64,000 nucleotides of DNA from Amphiscolops sp. MND2022 (Eukaryota). Position numbers and translations under genes: made by a program. The number at the start of each line of letters is the position of its first letter. The first letter of the stretch is position 1. The stretch covers positions 42,284,001 through 42,348,000 of the forward strand of contig OZ076411.1 of NCBI GenBank assembly GCA_964187785.1. The letters run 5' to 3'. Shown here in pieces: positions 13,790-27,055 of this stretch. The notes beneath the pieces were generated by a model. It ran no database searches. It was not told the origin of the DNA and worked only from the letters and a program-made list of their open reading frames with translations.

Positions 13790-14455
13790 TGCAAGGTTGA
13801 AGTGAAACTGTGGTTTCAAAGTGATTTCCTCGCAAAGGTCACAAAGGTGTGACTCCTCACTGTTGCCCTTTTTTCAGTTTTGCTTTTATCCGCCAAATGC
13901 GTTATATTTGTAATTGACCATAACACTAAGCTAAGGATGAAGGACTCGCTTAATTCTAGTGATAACGTTTGTTTTCGAAACAAGCGCGGTCTAGTGGTAC
14001 CGTACCGGGCTCGGAGAGCAGGGTGTACGTTCGAGCCGCTCCAGGAGCCAATATCTTTCTTCATAATATCTAGGTTAAATAATGACCTTCAGTCGCCTTT
14101 CCCGGCCCTGGCTTTTGACCATCCTTTTCAATGTTATCTAACTTTTCTCATTGTTTGTAAACAACCATTTTTGTCATGTGACATTTGTACACTATATTTG
14201 CCGCACGGGCTTGTTCCGTATGTAGTCTTGTCATCGTTAAACTGCATACACTCCGAACATTGAGGCTACATCAATAGTCTTCTACCCCAACTGGAGTCAA
14301 ACAAAGTCTTCTTTTTAACATCGCTGTTTTTTTCTGGGAACAAGTTTCTGGACCACACACTTAAGGTCCAACAAAGGTGAGTTGAGAGAGAAAGAGAGCG
14401 AGTCAAAAATGATACCGAAGTACAGGCCGAACGTTGTAACCACTACACCGTACTA
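13790..14455 (-). mobile_element. tRNA-derived SINE split by a 0.4-kb insertion (13954-14359) that carries a second tRNA-like SINE head
   Basis: Both halves match 58740-59020. cttaa is duplicated at 13949-53 and 14360-64. The insert has tctagtggta (A box) and gttcgagcc (B box) on the plus strand. Confidence 0.65.
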
Positions 14456-15752
14456 AAAATCAAGAGGTGCCCTTCGGTTGAAAATAATTTAGAAAAAAGT
14501 GTTAAAGCAGCGAAAAACTCTAGAAGGGTGACCATTTGGTTTTTTCCGCGTTTCCAAGCATTAAATTTTGGCTTAGTGTTGGACTTGAGCCCGTATTGTT
14601 TGTTGTTTTCGTAATTTCGTATAGAAAGTTTTCTTTCGAATGTGCTTGAAATTACACGAAATCAAACGCTGTTTTCATGATGTCATCAATTTGCGCAGAT
14701 GAAGAAACATCGGTATCAATCGAGATGCTTGAAAAGAATCAATTCAAACAAAAGATGACTCACATTTGATTCAAATTTTTCATGTATACACTCACAGGGA
14801 AAAATTGCGTCACACCAAGCTGCCAAATTAGAAATTCTAAAATTTTCCAAAAAAAAGATTAAAACCTCAAACGTTTGATAAAAAGGGGGATTTCTCTTTG
14901 AATGATAATCGGCTTCAGAAAAGTGATGAATTAGGTTACCTGAGAAGAAAGACTTCAATTGCGCGTCAAAAGCCCCCAAACCATTCACGTTTTATAAATA
15001 AGCCAGAACTTTAATACAAAATCAACATCACCAACAGTGACTTTCTCTTGGGAGGTTTCATTGAATCTACTTGATTAACTTGACTAACTTGTCCTTTGAG
15101 TGTGTAGCTTGAAAATTAACTTCTTCATGAATAAGTCAGCAGTTTTTTCGAAGCACTGATTAATTTTACCCACCATCTACATGCTCAGCTCGTGAAAAGA
15201 AGCTTCAAAAGGTTAGTGAGATACTTTCACTGCCTTCCCGTTTCCTAAAAGATACCAAAAACTCGATGAAGTTTGAGTTTGCCTTTGTAAAGTTTCTACA
15301 AGCAGGTAAACACTCTGTAAACATTAGCATTAATGCAAGTGTGAATCTTTCGAAGATAGTTTTTCCGAGGCTTCATTTGTACATTGCGCCTCGTGAGTTT
15401 TTGGGTAACTAGCTTGTGGACTTTGGTTTTGTGAATCGTAGTTTTGATTTATCCTCAACAGATGAAGGTCTTTTTTGGAACTATGTTCAATGAAGTGCTA
15501 TTCGTTTCTAGCTTATATCATGAGTTTTCCACTAGGATCAATTATCTAGGGCTAGACACTACCCTTTTCGTGGAGGTCGTTTTTTATGCTATTTTTCCAG
15601 ATTGATTTTGCTTGGCTGTTTGACCATTATAAAGTTGTGCCTACTTTATATGGTGCAGCAAGAAAGGTGCGAGTAAATGCCATTTGTCTTGAGAGAAAAA
15701 ATTGGCACTTGTATCTAGATACTTTTCTGTAATTTTCAATGATTTTTGTCAG

Positions 15753-18700
15753 GATAGCTTCTTAATACCATTCAACTACATGGTGGAAAACAAAAAAGAC
15801 CACCAGTCATCGCCTCCTCGCATTGGAGTGAATATTGAGAGGATTTTCATGAAAGAGTCCCTTCTCGCCAGTCCAGGGAAACATTTTTACAGACCTCACC
15901 TTCAGAAGACTGCCACTATTCCACCCCTAGACCACAACTGTGAATCTAATTCGTCGAGTCTGGCGAAGTCCTGGGATGATGACCGGAAAGTAACTCCAGC
16001 TATGTCAACGGAATCTTCTAGATTTGAGATCATCACTACAACCAGTAGTGGAAATTTCGAAATAGCTAGTATTATTTGAAGATAATTACCCTCAAAAGAC
16101 CCTATTCATTTTGGTTCATTCGAGTTAGGGAACTTTCAACATCAAAAATCACCATGACACCAAAAAGCTGAAGACGGCTAATAAGAAGCGAAAATTTTGA
16201 AAGTGCACTCTATGTTAGGACATGCATTTGACAAAAAAGTCGCAGGTGAAAAAGTTTTTCAGATTTACAAAGATATTTTTTGTTCGGAATTGAATGAAAA
16301 TTTAAAAATTCATCTTTTTACGCAATATTTCTGAACCTAGTTGTAAGAAGAAAATCTCCCATAATCATTTGTGTAGCTTTGATACCGCACGTTAGCATCT
16401 AACACATTAAAATGTTTTCTTGAAAAATGAACTGCTAAAAACAGTTGTTATTCCGTCGAAATATTTTTTAAATAGTGAAAATTGTACAATTTGCATTTTT
16501 TATCATTTTGCGGATCATTTTTCCATGCCGGTGTTTTCAGAATAATTGTTGAACTGGAGATAATTGGAGATGTGAATCAATAGTGCACAGTTTGTCTCGT
16601 TTTCGTAACGAACAGCGGTGACATGTATAATAACATTTCATTGCATGACAAAATGCCGGAAGTAAAAAAAATAAGTTTATCTTGGGAACATCTATAAAAC
16701 AATAAGTCTGATTGACGAGACTTGCAAATTTAGGCGTTCAAAAGTGATATTAACAAGCTAGAAATTTTCTACATAACTGATTACCAGGTGTTTACAAATT
16801 GAATGATGCTTGTTTAAGCATTTTTTGATTACCTATAACAGAAACCAGTATGGTATGTCAAGTAAACTTGTATGCAAATATTCCAAAAAGGAGCTGAAGC
16901 GTTTGTTGTACCAAAAAAGTTTTAGCATTTCAATAAAATTTTAGTTCACCGACAAAACTGGATGCTGTTACCCTTGATGTTTATTCTTCAGGATCGCGGC
17001 AATTACAGGGAGCCAATCAAAGTGCAAGGGAAAGAAGCTAATATGGAAACAGGGGACATGACTTGTGTGGAGTCTTTGCATCAGACCTCAATAGTGAAGA
17101 ATCTCAAGAGCTTGTTCGAATCTAAAACGCAACACCCGGACGCCCGCGAAAAATCTCCCATGAAAACCCCTGCATTCAAAAAACCACTTTACCCCAAAAG
17201 ACCTCCCACTGATCTCCCCATTTCACAGCGAGAGTCCGTAGTGGATTCCAAAGAGGCATTGGTGTCTTCACGTAATTCTATTCGAGCTGTACGCAATTTC
17301 TGGAAGGAAAAAGAGCACAATCAACCTCAAGTATCCACAGAAGATCATTTTGACTTTGGAAGGAGAAAACTTTCAACAGGTTCAAAGCTTTACTATATCA
17401 AACAACCCATCTTGACTTGGGCAAACAAACAAAATTTGATAATTATTACTCATATCTTTACTGAACACAGTAACCTAAAAAGTTTTTCAGCAATCTTACA
17501 ATTTTTTGAAAAGATATCTCCGATTTGCAATGTGCTCAATGTTCATAAGCAAATAAAGTTGAAAAAAAAATGTTCAAAATTGAGTGCAATTATTGAAAGA
17601 GGCCGTCATGGAGTTTTGGACCTACTTTTAGTCGGAGTTTTCATGAAAAAAAGTCGAAAAGTCGAGTGACTTTTTGTTAATTTTTCAATATTTGCTCGTA
17701 GTGGCCAAAAATGGTGAAATAGGCTAGACTAAGTTTATCAATTACACCTGACACATGAAGAGCATCCAAGTGGGTCAAAGTATCCACTTCTATCATTTTA
17801 CATTTCAAAATACTTACTTCAACTTCATTTTTCATTCTACCAAAAAGACCACGCTTTCAAGTTTTTTGCTTTCACTCACGAAAGCCGTTTTCCAGCTTAA
17901 AGGGCCCGTCCTTCAGATTCTTTTTGGCACTTAGCTTCAAAATAATCTGGAGAACAGCCTGGAGACAGAGCCTATTCGAGATACTCAAGCTCTATTCGAG
18001 AGCTCTTTTTGATACTCAAGAGGGGCATCCATTGTGTAGTTGCCGATCGGTTAGTTTCAATGGTCACCAGAGTTCAGATTTATCGAGACCATCGATGGTA
18101 CAAAACAATGCATCGAATTCTTTCGTTAAGGCATAGACATTACCAGGTTTGGCAGGTTTCAAGTCTGCGATTTTATAACGCATTTTAGAAAGCACTCCGA
18201 AGAAAGTGATCACATCATCACTGAATCCGGAACTGAAGCTGGCTTTGAGAGCAGAAGACCTTCAAGATAAAGCGGGGGACAGTGCAAGAGAAACCCGTGA
18301 AGAGCATTTGTTTTCAGCACGTTTAGTTACACCGAGGTGTCTTGTTCACGCCGATGAGGAGACACTTTCCGAAAAGTTTCAGTTCCAATTTGAGCTAAGA
18401 GAAGAACCCAAGATGCGCAGATCGGAGTGTCGCCTCAAGTTGGAGAGGCGCAAACCTGTCCACTGCCAAGTAGAAAAAGTTGGGTTGACAATGATGAACG
18501 TCGATGATCATCTGTGTTTGGAACAAATTTTCGGTGAGTTTTTGTTTCCTCTTCTTTGATGATAGCTAGTTTTGATTGGTCGATATAAAATCTCTTTTGT
18601 TACCGCCAAGAATTCACCCACCCATAGTATTTCGGTAAAGAAAATAGAACTACGGTAGTATAAGTCGTTTATAACGCCACCGATTTCGGAGCCATGCTGC

Positions 18701-21700
18701 TTATAGTGAGTATTAGATCCGCCATTTTATTAAGGATACATAGAGACAATCGGATGTAACAAGACACGGATTTTATTGCTTTAACAATTTTTTGCGTAAG
18801 TTTCATACAAATGCCAATTTTACGCAATAACAATAACGCAACTCAGAAAAGCAACCGATTTCTTAGAAACATAACCGCAATGTCTAAAGTGAAAGCCAAA
18901 TTGACAGAGATTAACGAGTAATATAAGGCTCATTTTGGATGAGTGGTCCTTTGTGAAAACGTTTCAATTGTAAGCTTGGAAATCGAGCCAATTTTGACAA
19001 ATATCGCAGCTCATCACACAGGCACATTTGAAAATTTGTTTAGCAGTGTTTTGGAATAGCGATTGAATTATTTTCAGGCTAATTTTTACACCGTTTTATG
19101 GTTTTTACGTATTTCTAACGATATGTCGGTAGTTTTTAGGCAATGTTTTGCAGTCGAAAACCTCATGATATGAACTGTTGCAGATCAGGTGGAAAGTTTG
19201 AGCGATTCTACTTCGGGCACTGACATAAAATTGGACCTCGTAGTACAAGAGGATACCTTGGTACATGCAATGTGCAACCAACAACTACGAGCTACACAGC
19301 CCGCATGGTGGGCGCGCCAACACGTTCAAGAAGTGCAAAATGACGGTGACAGTTGTGAGACGATTGAACTCAAACCAGCCTCACTCGACATTTCTCTGGT
19401 GGAAATCAATGGAGACTTCTCAAGTTTTTCAGGTTTAGGAGAATTACCATTTCACTTAATCCATAGAGATTTTAGCTTTTATAGTAGGTTGTCATGCCCA
19501 TCTTTCCGCGAAATCGGATTTGAAATCCAACAAATTTCATAGAAAAATACTCCGATTTTGGAACTTTACTGAATAAATGAAGTTGTTAAAGCACGTTATC
19601 GCAACGAAGGAAATTTTGATTTTATTGCATGAACAGAGTACATGGACAATTACTGCTAAAATACTATATAACATCCAATACGGACGCAAAAGGAGCATAG
19701 TTGCTCTTTCAGAATGCGCCCTACAAATTAAAACAACGTTTGATAGCAACTTAACGCGGATGCAAATTACTATCTTGCAAACCTTAGAAAAACCTAGTAG
19801 AAAAAAATCTATTATCCACGACATATGGAGAAGTAATTTCGGAGAATTTTTTGACTTGATATCCCAAAAATTCGCCTAAATTTGATAGAATCGAATTCAT
19901 CTGAGTTAACCAATTATAGACAAATTTTTCTGAGTTAACTAATTATAGGTTTTTCGGAGCGCATTTAACAGACTTCTGAGATGCAACTGTACGACTATAT
20001 GTTGATTTGAAAAGTACTTTAAACGCCCAACAAGTATTGACACAAGGATTCGAAGATACACAATATCTTTCCACTGCATCAAATGAACTGGTGACTCCGC
20101 GAAGTTCCTTGAAAAGCTTTTTTAACACATCAAAAATATAAAGTTCAAACACCTTGTAGAAATTGTTATCCGCAAGTATATGACATCCATTCTCAAAAAA
20201 TTGCTCTAATAATTCTTCGTTGAACGTTCTCTTTTGTTAGGTTCGTTTTTTGCAGCAGTGCTGTATGCGAAAAGACCATGTGATACAAAAGATACTACTA
20301 GGATTCATTTGACGAATTCTGTGTAAAAACCGAATCATTGTGTTTCGATGTCACATATTCGATGTGCACCCTATATCGCAAACTTCTACCAACATGAACG
20401 CTGAGAACGTTATTTCCATAAGGGACGTCATTTTTCCAATCATTTAAATACTGTTTGTCACATTCAAAAAACATGGTTCACATTTGTCAACATCTATCGT
20501 TAATTTATAACAAGCTAATTTGATGATTGAGTTATATCGGATCTTAGAAGGTCGTCGGACTTATTTTCCAGAGACTTATGAGTCGTATCAACAGCAAAAC
20601 GAGCTAATAGAATTTCCTGCAAAAATTTGGCATATCATTTATTACAATAGAACAAACCCGGAACGGCCCAAGTCGACAAACACTTCAAGGTTCAAAAAGA
20701 GCAGTGTTTTGAATATGCAGAGGGACATAACGCCGAAAAGTACTCGAAACATCAAAGAAGCAATTTTCTTAAAAAGTCGATCAGTTTTTCTCCGGAAAAA
20801 TATATTGCCGAAAAACCCAAAACGAGACCCTCTAAGTTCGCTTTTCCAAAAAACTTTCCAAGCTAAAAACTTTGGTAGCCTTTAACTAAATGAATTTTTT
20901 TCGAAAAAAAGTCGGACAGTGCCGAAAATTGTGGTATTTTTCACAGGCATTGAGAAAACGCTCATCAGTGTACAGGACCTAAACATAACCGAAGATGTCA
21001 CTCTTAGGACTCGGGAAACGGTTTTCGTTAACAGAAAATATCAAAAAATTGAAAATTGTGAAAAAATACGAAAAGTCTTCGATAAACCGGGTAGTGCCGA
21101 AAACCTTTAAGGGGGCCCTCTATGCTCGCAAAACGCTGTTTTTGCAAAACATTGAAGGGCTTCGATCAAGTCCGAAAAGTAGTATAGTACCAAAAAAACT
21201 AAAGGGGCACTTTTGTTCTTCCTGTACCTTTGCAAGCGTAAAACATTTGGCTTAGCGCGGGACTCGAATCAATTTCCTCCTGCTTCTCAAGCCTCGTCAC
21301 CAAGACCGGAAATCCGCAAAAATCACTGGTCCAAAAGACACTGAGCGGGCCATTTACATAAAATTTGACTCATTCAAAATTTATAAACGTGGACGTTTCA
21401 CGGTGACTAAAGAAAAAACAAGACGGGAAAGTCCCAAGTCGTCGCCATATCTAAGGCTCAAAAATATTCAAGGAACAACTATTGGAAAGATTTTGAAAAA
21501 TTTTTTTTTCGAAAAAAGTATTTTTTTAAAAATCGCACAATGCCGAAAAACTTAGAAGAGGCCATTTAGGCTCATGAAACGTTTTTAGAAAATGCAAGGG
21601 GGTACCCTTTGATAAAATTCGATAATTTTCGAAAAAAAGTCGCATGGTGCCGAAAAAAAACCCAAAGGGGGACCTTTTGGTCTCGCACCTACTTTTGGAA

Positions 21701-24700
21701 GCATAAAAAACTTGTAGTTTAGTGCGAGAATCGAACCCACGATCTCCTGCTTCTCAGAAAATTAGTTGTGAAAAACTAAGCTTCTCAGAAAACAAATGAA
21801 CAAAAGATTGTAAAAAAAGTGGACCACTCAGAGTGAGATTGTCAACTGAAAAAAAAACAAAAAAACAAGACGGGATCGTCTCAAGTCGGCGCCATATCTA
21901 AGGCTCAAAATTATTCAAGGAACAACTATTGGAAACATTTGCAAAAAATTAATTTTTTTCAAAAAAATTATTTTTGAAAATTTTTTTTCGAAACAAGTAT
22001 TTTTTTAAGTCGCACAATGCCGAAAAACTCAAAAAGAAGGCATTCAGGCTCATTAAACGTTTTTACAAACCGAAAACTTCAAAAAAATGCAAGGGGGTAC
22101 CCTTTGATAGAATCCGAAAATTTTCGAAAAAAAGTCGCATAGTGCCGAAAAAAACCAAACAAAAAAAACGAAACGAAAAAAACCTTTGGTCTCGCATCTA
22201 CTTTTGGAAGCATAAAAAATTTGTGGTTTAGTGCGAGAATCGAACCCACGATCTCCTGCTTCTCAGAAAATTAGTTGAACAAATGAACAAAGATTGTAAG
22301 AAAAGTGGACCGCTCAGAGTGAGATTGTCAACTGAAAAAAAAAAACTACTCACTGTAAGCGTCGGGCTTTTTTCCTTAAGGGAAAAGGCGCCGACTAAAA
22401 ACACTGTAAGCGTCGTGCTTTTTTTCAACGAGGGGCGGCTAAAAAGAAAGACTCCGGTGATGTACACCGGTGAATATTACTTGTTCAGTGTTACTTACAA
22501 CTATTTACAGCCTCAATGTAGCAACGAATAATCAATCTAATTCTGAAATTCTATCATTAAATTTTGAAAAAAATATATTCCAGATGACAGCCAAATGTTG
22601 TCAGCAATTCAAGAAATCAGTGAGAACACGACTGATGTCAGTTTCACCACAGACTCCCTTCATATCCTACTAGCCACCAAGTCATCAATAGCAACAGTGG
22701 AAGATGCACCAACCTTCTTTTTAGCCGATTTCAAAGATTACAACTCCACACAAACGTTAAGCGCCACTCATATTACTGTGGTACCCAATCAAATCAGGGA
22801 TCTTCCACAGTTATCCATTCATTACTTTGTCGAGGAAACTCAAAACGGAAGCAGCTACATAGGTTAGTGTTATGAAATGAATCATGTCGAAGTTTAGTTT
22901 GTTTTTGAAGTAATAAACTTCGAATTCAGTTCTAATTTCAGCTTTAGTTTCGATTGAACAAAGTCCGTTCTTTTCAATTTTTTTGTTGTACTTCAGCTTT
23001 TTATGTCTAAAAGATTTGGCGTGACAAGCAAGCAGTTTTGCCCGAATTATCCACTTTTCTGTTTCCAAACCGTTTTTTGCCCACGAGCGAGAATCAAATA
23101 GGAGCTATTGAAAATTAAGGGAGCTTGTGGCGAACGTTGGCGTCTAATAAATTGCCTGCCAATCAAGATATCTTCTGAAATAACAACATAGTTTCAGTTT
23201 TCATGTAAAATCTTCAATTTCACCTTTAAATTCAGTTTACTTTTCAAAACTGTTAGCTCCGTTAGCATTGAATTTCACAACTGATAACTTTCAGTTTATA
23301 CCTAGTAGTATAGGTTACCTTGATTCCATTCTGAAATATGTATTCTTCGTTGAAATCGTAAAAGGATGTTACTCAGGATATTGTTAAACCGATAAAACGA
23401 AGCAAAAGACCATGAATTCCCTATCATAACTTCCAGATTAATTATCAAACGTTTTTCAAAAACATTTAATGCATACAAATTGATTTCTGCAACATTGATT
23501 TTTCAGAGTCTCCCATCAATTTGAGCGCAACGTGCTCAGGCAAGTCTACACACAGTGAGCAACAATCCGAACTAATACAGCAGCAAGTCAAGATGATACA
23601 GGAATGCAATGACGACGAATGTTTGATAGATCTCGGTTTGGATTTCTCTTCACATGAAACATCACCAAGTTCCCAGGACCTGCAGCAACATTCGGAGCTG
23701 AAGGAAGAACACAGCTGTATAATTTATTTAGTCTCGTTGTATGAATATATTGACTCATCGTTTGAGCAGACGCTTTCCTTAGCTATTTATAATTTGGATT
23801 GCAGCTTAACAGTTACCCGACCTCTGGTTAATGACATGCTTCTAATCATGCCTTACAACGATGCTATTGAAATATGTGACATGACTATACAGCCATGCAC
23901 ATCTTACCAAAAGGCGACTGAATCGAAGACCAGCACGCCCCAGTTTGAACTATCTGCGAAAGAAATTTGGGTCCCGCAATCCCAGTTTGTACAAACTGGT
24001 TTTGATCATATCCTTTTGAATTCAAACAGCAGCAACTTTTCTACTTTTCTTATGCAGATACTGGAGCAGTCTACGCCAGCCTTTGCACCTATGACGTGCA
24101 ACGGAATCATTCAACTTGAATTGGTGAGTTCATTGCATGGTGTTACGTAAAACACAACAGAGGGATCTGAACTTAGAAAATCGTCGTAGAAAACTTTCAC
24201 TCGTTTTGTCGAATTGGACAAATGATTTGTCCCATAAAAAACATGAAAATCCTGAATAGTTTCAATTCGCGCCCTGTCAAACATCAAACCAGCCTCTTCA
24301 GATTAATTGACTGAAAAAGTATCAGTAAAAGTATGTTTCCACCTTTAAATAATTGTAAGCTGAGTACTACATCTTTCAGACGGGGTTTTTACAGAGTGCA
24401 GAAAACCAGCAATGCCAGTTGTCCCAAGTGACCATCGACTCAAACTCAGCACACTTGCTGGCACAACAGCCGGAAGAGTATACTAAGTGCCTGGAGCCCT
24501 ACTCAGAGGATTCATACGAGCTCATTTGGTACAACAGTCAGCTCAGATGGCGTAAAGAGTTCTATGTGTTACATGTGCAAACAATGAAAGACCCCAAGGC
24601 CGAGGTCGTGAAAAACTTCAAACTGAAGCCGGCAGAAATGGTGACCAGTACTAAAATGGACGCTTTTTGTTCCTGTTTGATGGGCAGAAATTCCAGGAAT

Positions 24701-24778
24701 TCCAATAGAAATTCAAGATGTTCGGGTTCTCTAGGAACACCATTGAAACACAATATTATCGCTATCTTTAATAACTAA
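15753..24778 (+). CDS. Uncharacterised multi-exon protein (about 830 aa, S/T/E/Q-rich, no recognisable domain)
   Basis: Exons 15753-15989, 16992-17379, 18189-18533, 19184-19432, 22584-22862, 23507-24123 and 24395-24778. All junctions are AG/GT with matching phases (0,1,1,1,1,0), total 2499 nt with no internal stop. The 5' end is uncertain (ATG at 15780, or further upstream exons). Confidence 0.7.
21416..22446 (+). mobile_element. Tandem HINE-like elements carrying tRNA-like segments
   Basis: Starts at about 21416 and 21865 (aacaagacggga...aagtcggcgccatatctaaggctc). 3' hairpin ends gcgccgactaaaaa at about 22401 and is duplicated to about 22446. Confidence 0.65.
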
Positions 24779-24973
24779 ACAAACAACTACATATTGGTAT
24801 TTTGATGTATTACCAAGAGATACTGAAATGACGGTTTTTAAATTTTCTAGACATTACTCGTGCTTAAACCCTGGACGGAACCTATAAACATGCTCCACGG
24901 TTCTTCATCTACACAGTTGACTCGTTTTCACAACTAAACTTTTTCTAGACTATGGCTGAAATCGTTCAAAAAT

Positions 24974-25362
24974 GGTTACATGACATTTCGTCCTATGCAA
25001 TTTCAACCGTTGATAATTTCAACCTTCCGCAATTTCGACCTATGCTAATTTTGGCTAATTACTCCTAATTCGGTTGAGTTATTACTTCAGTACACAAGCT
25101 AGTAATGAATCAAACAGCTTTAATTAATGGTAATTATCCATGAAGAAGCCAAAACATCAAAACTGGCGTAAAAGTTAGCATACTTTGTTTCAGCAATGTA
25201 TTAAAATGAAAATCACCTAAAATAATTATATAACTAACTAGGACCATTAGACAAAGTTAGTTAAGGTCGAAATTGTGGAAGGTTGAAAATGCCATAGATG
25301 GAAATTGTGAGCGGTTAAAATGCCAACGGTTGAAATTGCATAGGACGAAATGTCCTGGCACT
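24974..25362. mobile_element. Foldback-like MITE family C with a 9-bp TSD
   Basis: Termini ggttacatgacatttcgtcc and ggacgaaatgtcctggcact. Perfect TSD ttcaaaaat at 24965-24973 and 25363-25371. Opposite orientation to the 10133 copy. Confidence 0.9.
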
Positions 25363-25609
25363 TTCAAAAATATCTACATTCATATGACTCTTTTCAACTC
25401 CACCTTACAAAGTTTGTTCCAAGCGGCTTTTTTCAAGTCAAAATATTCATTAAGTAGAAAAAAATTCTGATTCAATGCAAAGATCCTAATACAGTCACTC
25501 ACGTCTAATTTGGCTCAGTTCAATATTGCTAACCTCTATTGAAAACAACTAAAATTAAAACTTCAATTACAAGGGAATAGATATGCGTTTCATCGACGGA
25601 ATAGGGGAC

Positions 25610-25682
25610 CATCAGATTATTCATCAATCACAGAGACTTCCAAGGTAGAATTAAACTCGATGATGTCATCCGATATCTGATG
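25610..25682 (-). promoter_or_regulatory. SECIS element (type II-like) in the 3' UTR of GPx4 copy 1
   Basis: Minus strand: helix I catcagat/atctgatg; AUGAC...UGAU quartet; helix II atcatcgag/ctctgtgat with one mismatch; unpaired AA and an apical ttc/gaa mini-stem. It starts about 37 nt after the stop codon. Confidence 0.8.
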
Positions 25683-25718
25683 CTCCGAATAGTCGACTGG
25701 AAAGCTATCTGGGGCAAG

Positions 25719-26516
25719 CTACAGTAACTTCTCGATGTCAGGAATTATGTCATTTGGCGGTGTTCTGGGTCCATACCTCTGGACACAGATGCCGTTTCTA
25801 TCGACCAGGAACTTGGAGAAGTTCCATTTGATGGCATCGATCAGAGTTCCTCCCTGTTGCTTCTTTAAGAACACATAAAGCGGGTGTGCGTTTGAACCGT
25901 TGACATCAATTTTTGAAAACATGTCAAAATGCACATTGTATTGCTTGATGAAGTCCTTAATTTGTTGCTCAGTTCCGGGTTCTTGCTTTCCAAATTGGTT
26001 GCAAGGGAATCCGAGAATTCTCAGACCCTTTTCCCGGTACTTGAGGTCCATCGCACTCAATTGGGTATAATTGAGTGCAGTTAAACCTCATTTAGAGGCA
26101 ACGTTAACAATCAAACAAACATTTCCTCTGAACTTTTCCAAAGAAATGTCTTGTCCGTCTATATCTTTAACCATAAACTGGTAAATGGTTTTGGCTGTTT
26201 CTGCGTCGGTAGCCATGTTAGCTCTATAAATAGCGAATGAGGTAGCTCTGAATAACAATGGTCCACGAATAACCTGATTTTCAGGAGTTGCTGAATTGCC
26301 TTCCAAAAATGGAGTCCTGTTCTGGACAACAGCAAGGGCTCGTTGAGAAACTTGTGCAGTTGTCCTGATGTTAAGACAACTTTTTGTCACTCCAAATGAC
26401 TTGTAAGTGCTGTTGCTCGCAAATCCAACAGCTGTTAGTCGAGTAGCAGCAATGTTTGCGGTTTCAACAAGTTCAAATCTGTAAAGAACATACCAAACAA
26501 GTCTGAACGCTTTCAT
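25719..26516 (-). CDS. GPX4: Selenocysteine glutathione peroxidase, GPx4/PHGPx-like, copy 1 (intronless)
   Basis: ORFs 26088-26558 and 25719-26060 are in one frame joined by TGA (26088-90): NVASK-U-GLTALNYTQL. GPx motifs FPCNQFGKQEPG and KWNFSKFL are present. ATG 26516 gives 265 aa; ATG 26216 (MATDAETAKTIYQF) gives 165 aa. Confidence 0.93.
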
Positions 26517-27055
26517 ATTTATGTTCAAGCAAAACGTCGAAAGCGGACAAGAAGTCAAAGCTAAAGGACATCAGTGACAGTAAAACAGAGGAACGACGTT
26601 TGTTTGGGATCAAAATGTGTCGTAGAAATGAAAATGTCATCAACATTTTCTTCAAGTTTGACAAATACGTCTCAAAAAATTACTTTCTCCACAAAATTTA
26701 ACATTTTTCTAACTGAGCAGCGTTTGATTCAATGATAGCTTCTTTAAATTTTTCCAGATAAACAATTTGCAGACATCTCTGGCCCAAATATTCAGATGAT
26801 GAACATGAATTACAGGAATAATAGCCAATTTAGTGGTAACTAACCACCCAATTGAATTGTTCCCAAGTGTATGAACACAAAATAACAAAGAACTTTTCGG
26901 TGACGCCCAACAAAACCTTAAGAACAATCAATCTCTTGAACTCGTCTTTTTTTACCATATTAGCCAATTAACAATCCAACCGGCATACTTATTCAGTCGA
27001 GACGATTGAAGATGATGAATTCAAAGCATCATACTTCCTTGCTAAAAAGCCCAAG

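Noticed and set aside
11500-15500. Short coding-like minus-strand ORFs (12767-13149, 14716-14988)
   Set aside because: No recognisable motifs or consistent splice phases; possibly decayed TE sequence.
17915-18150. Possible extra exon of the orphan gene
   Set aside because: The phase required by the neighbouring exons contains stops, and the model is complete without it.
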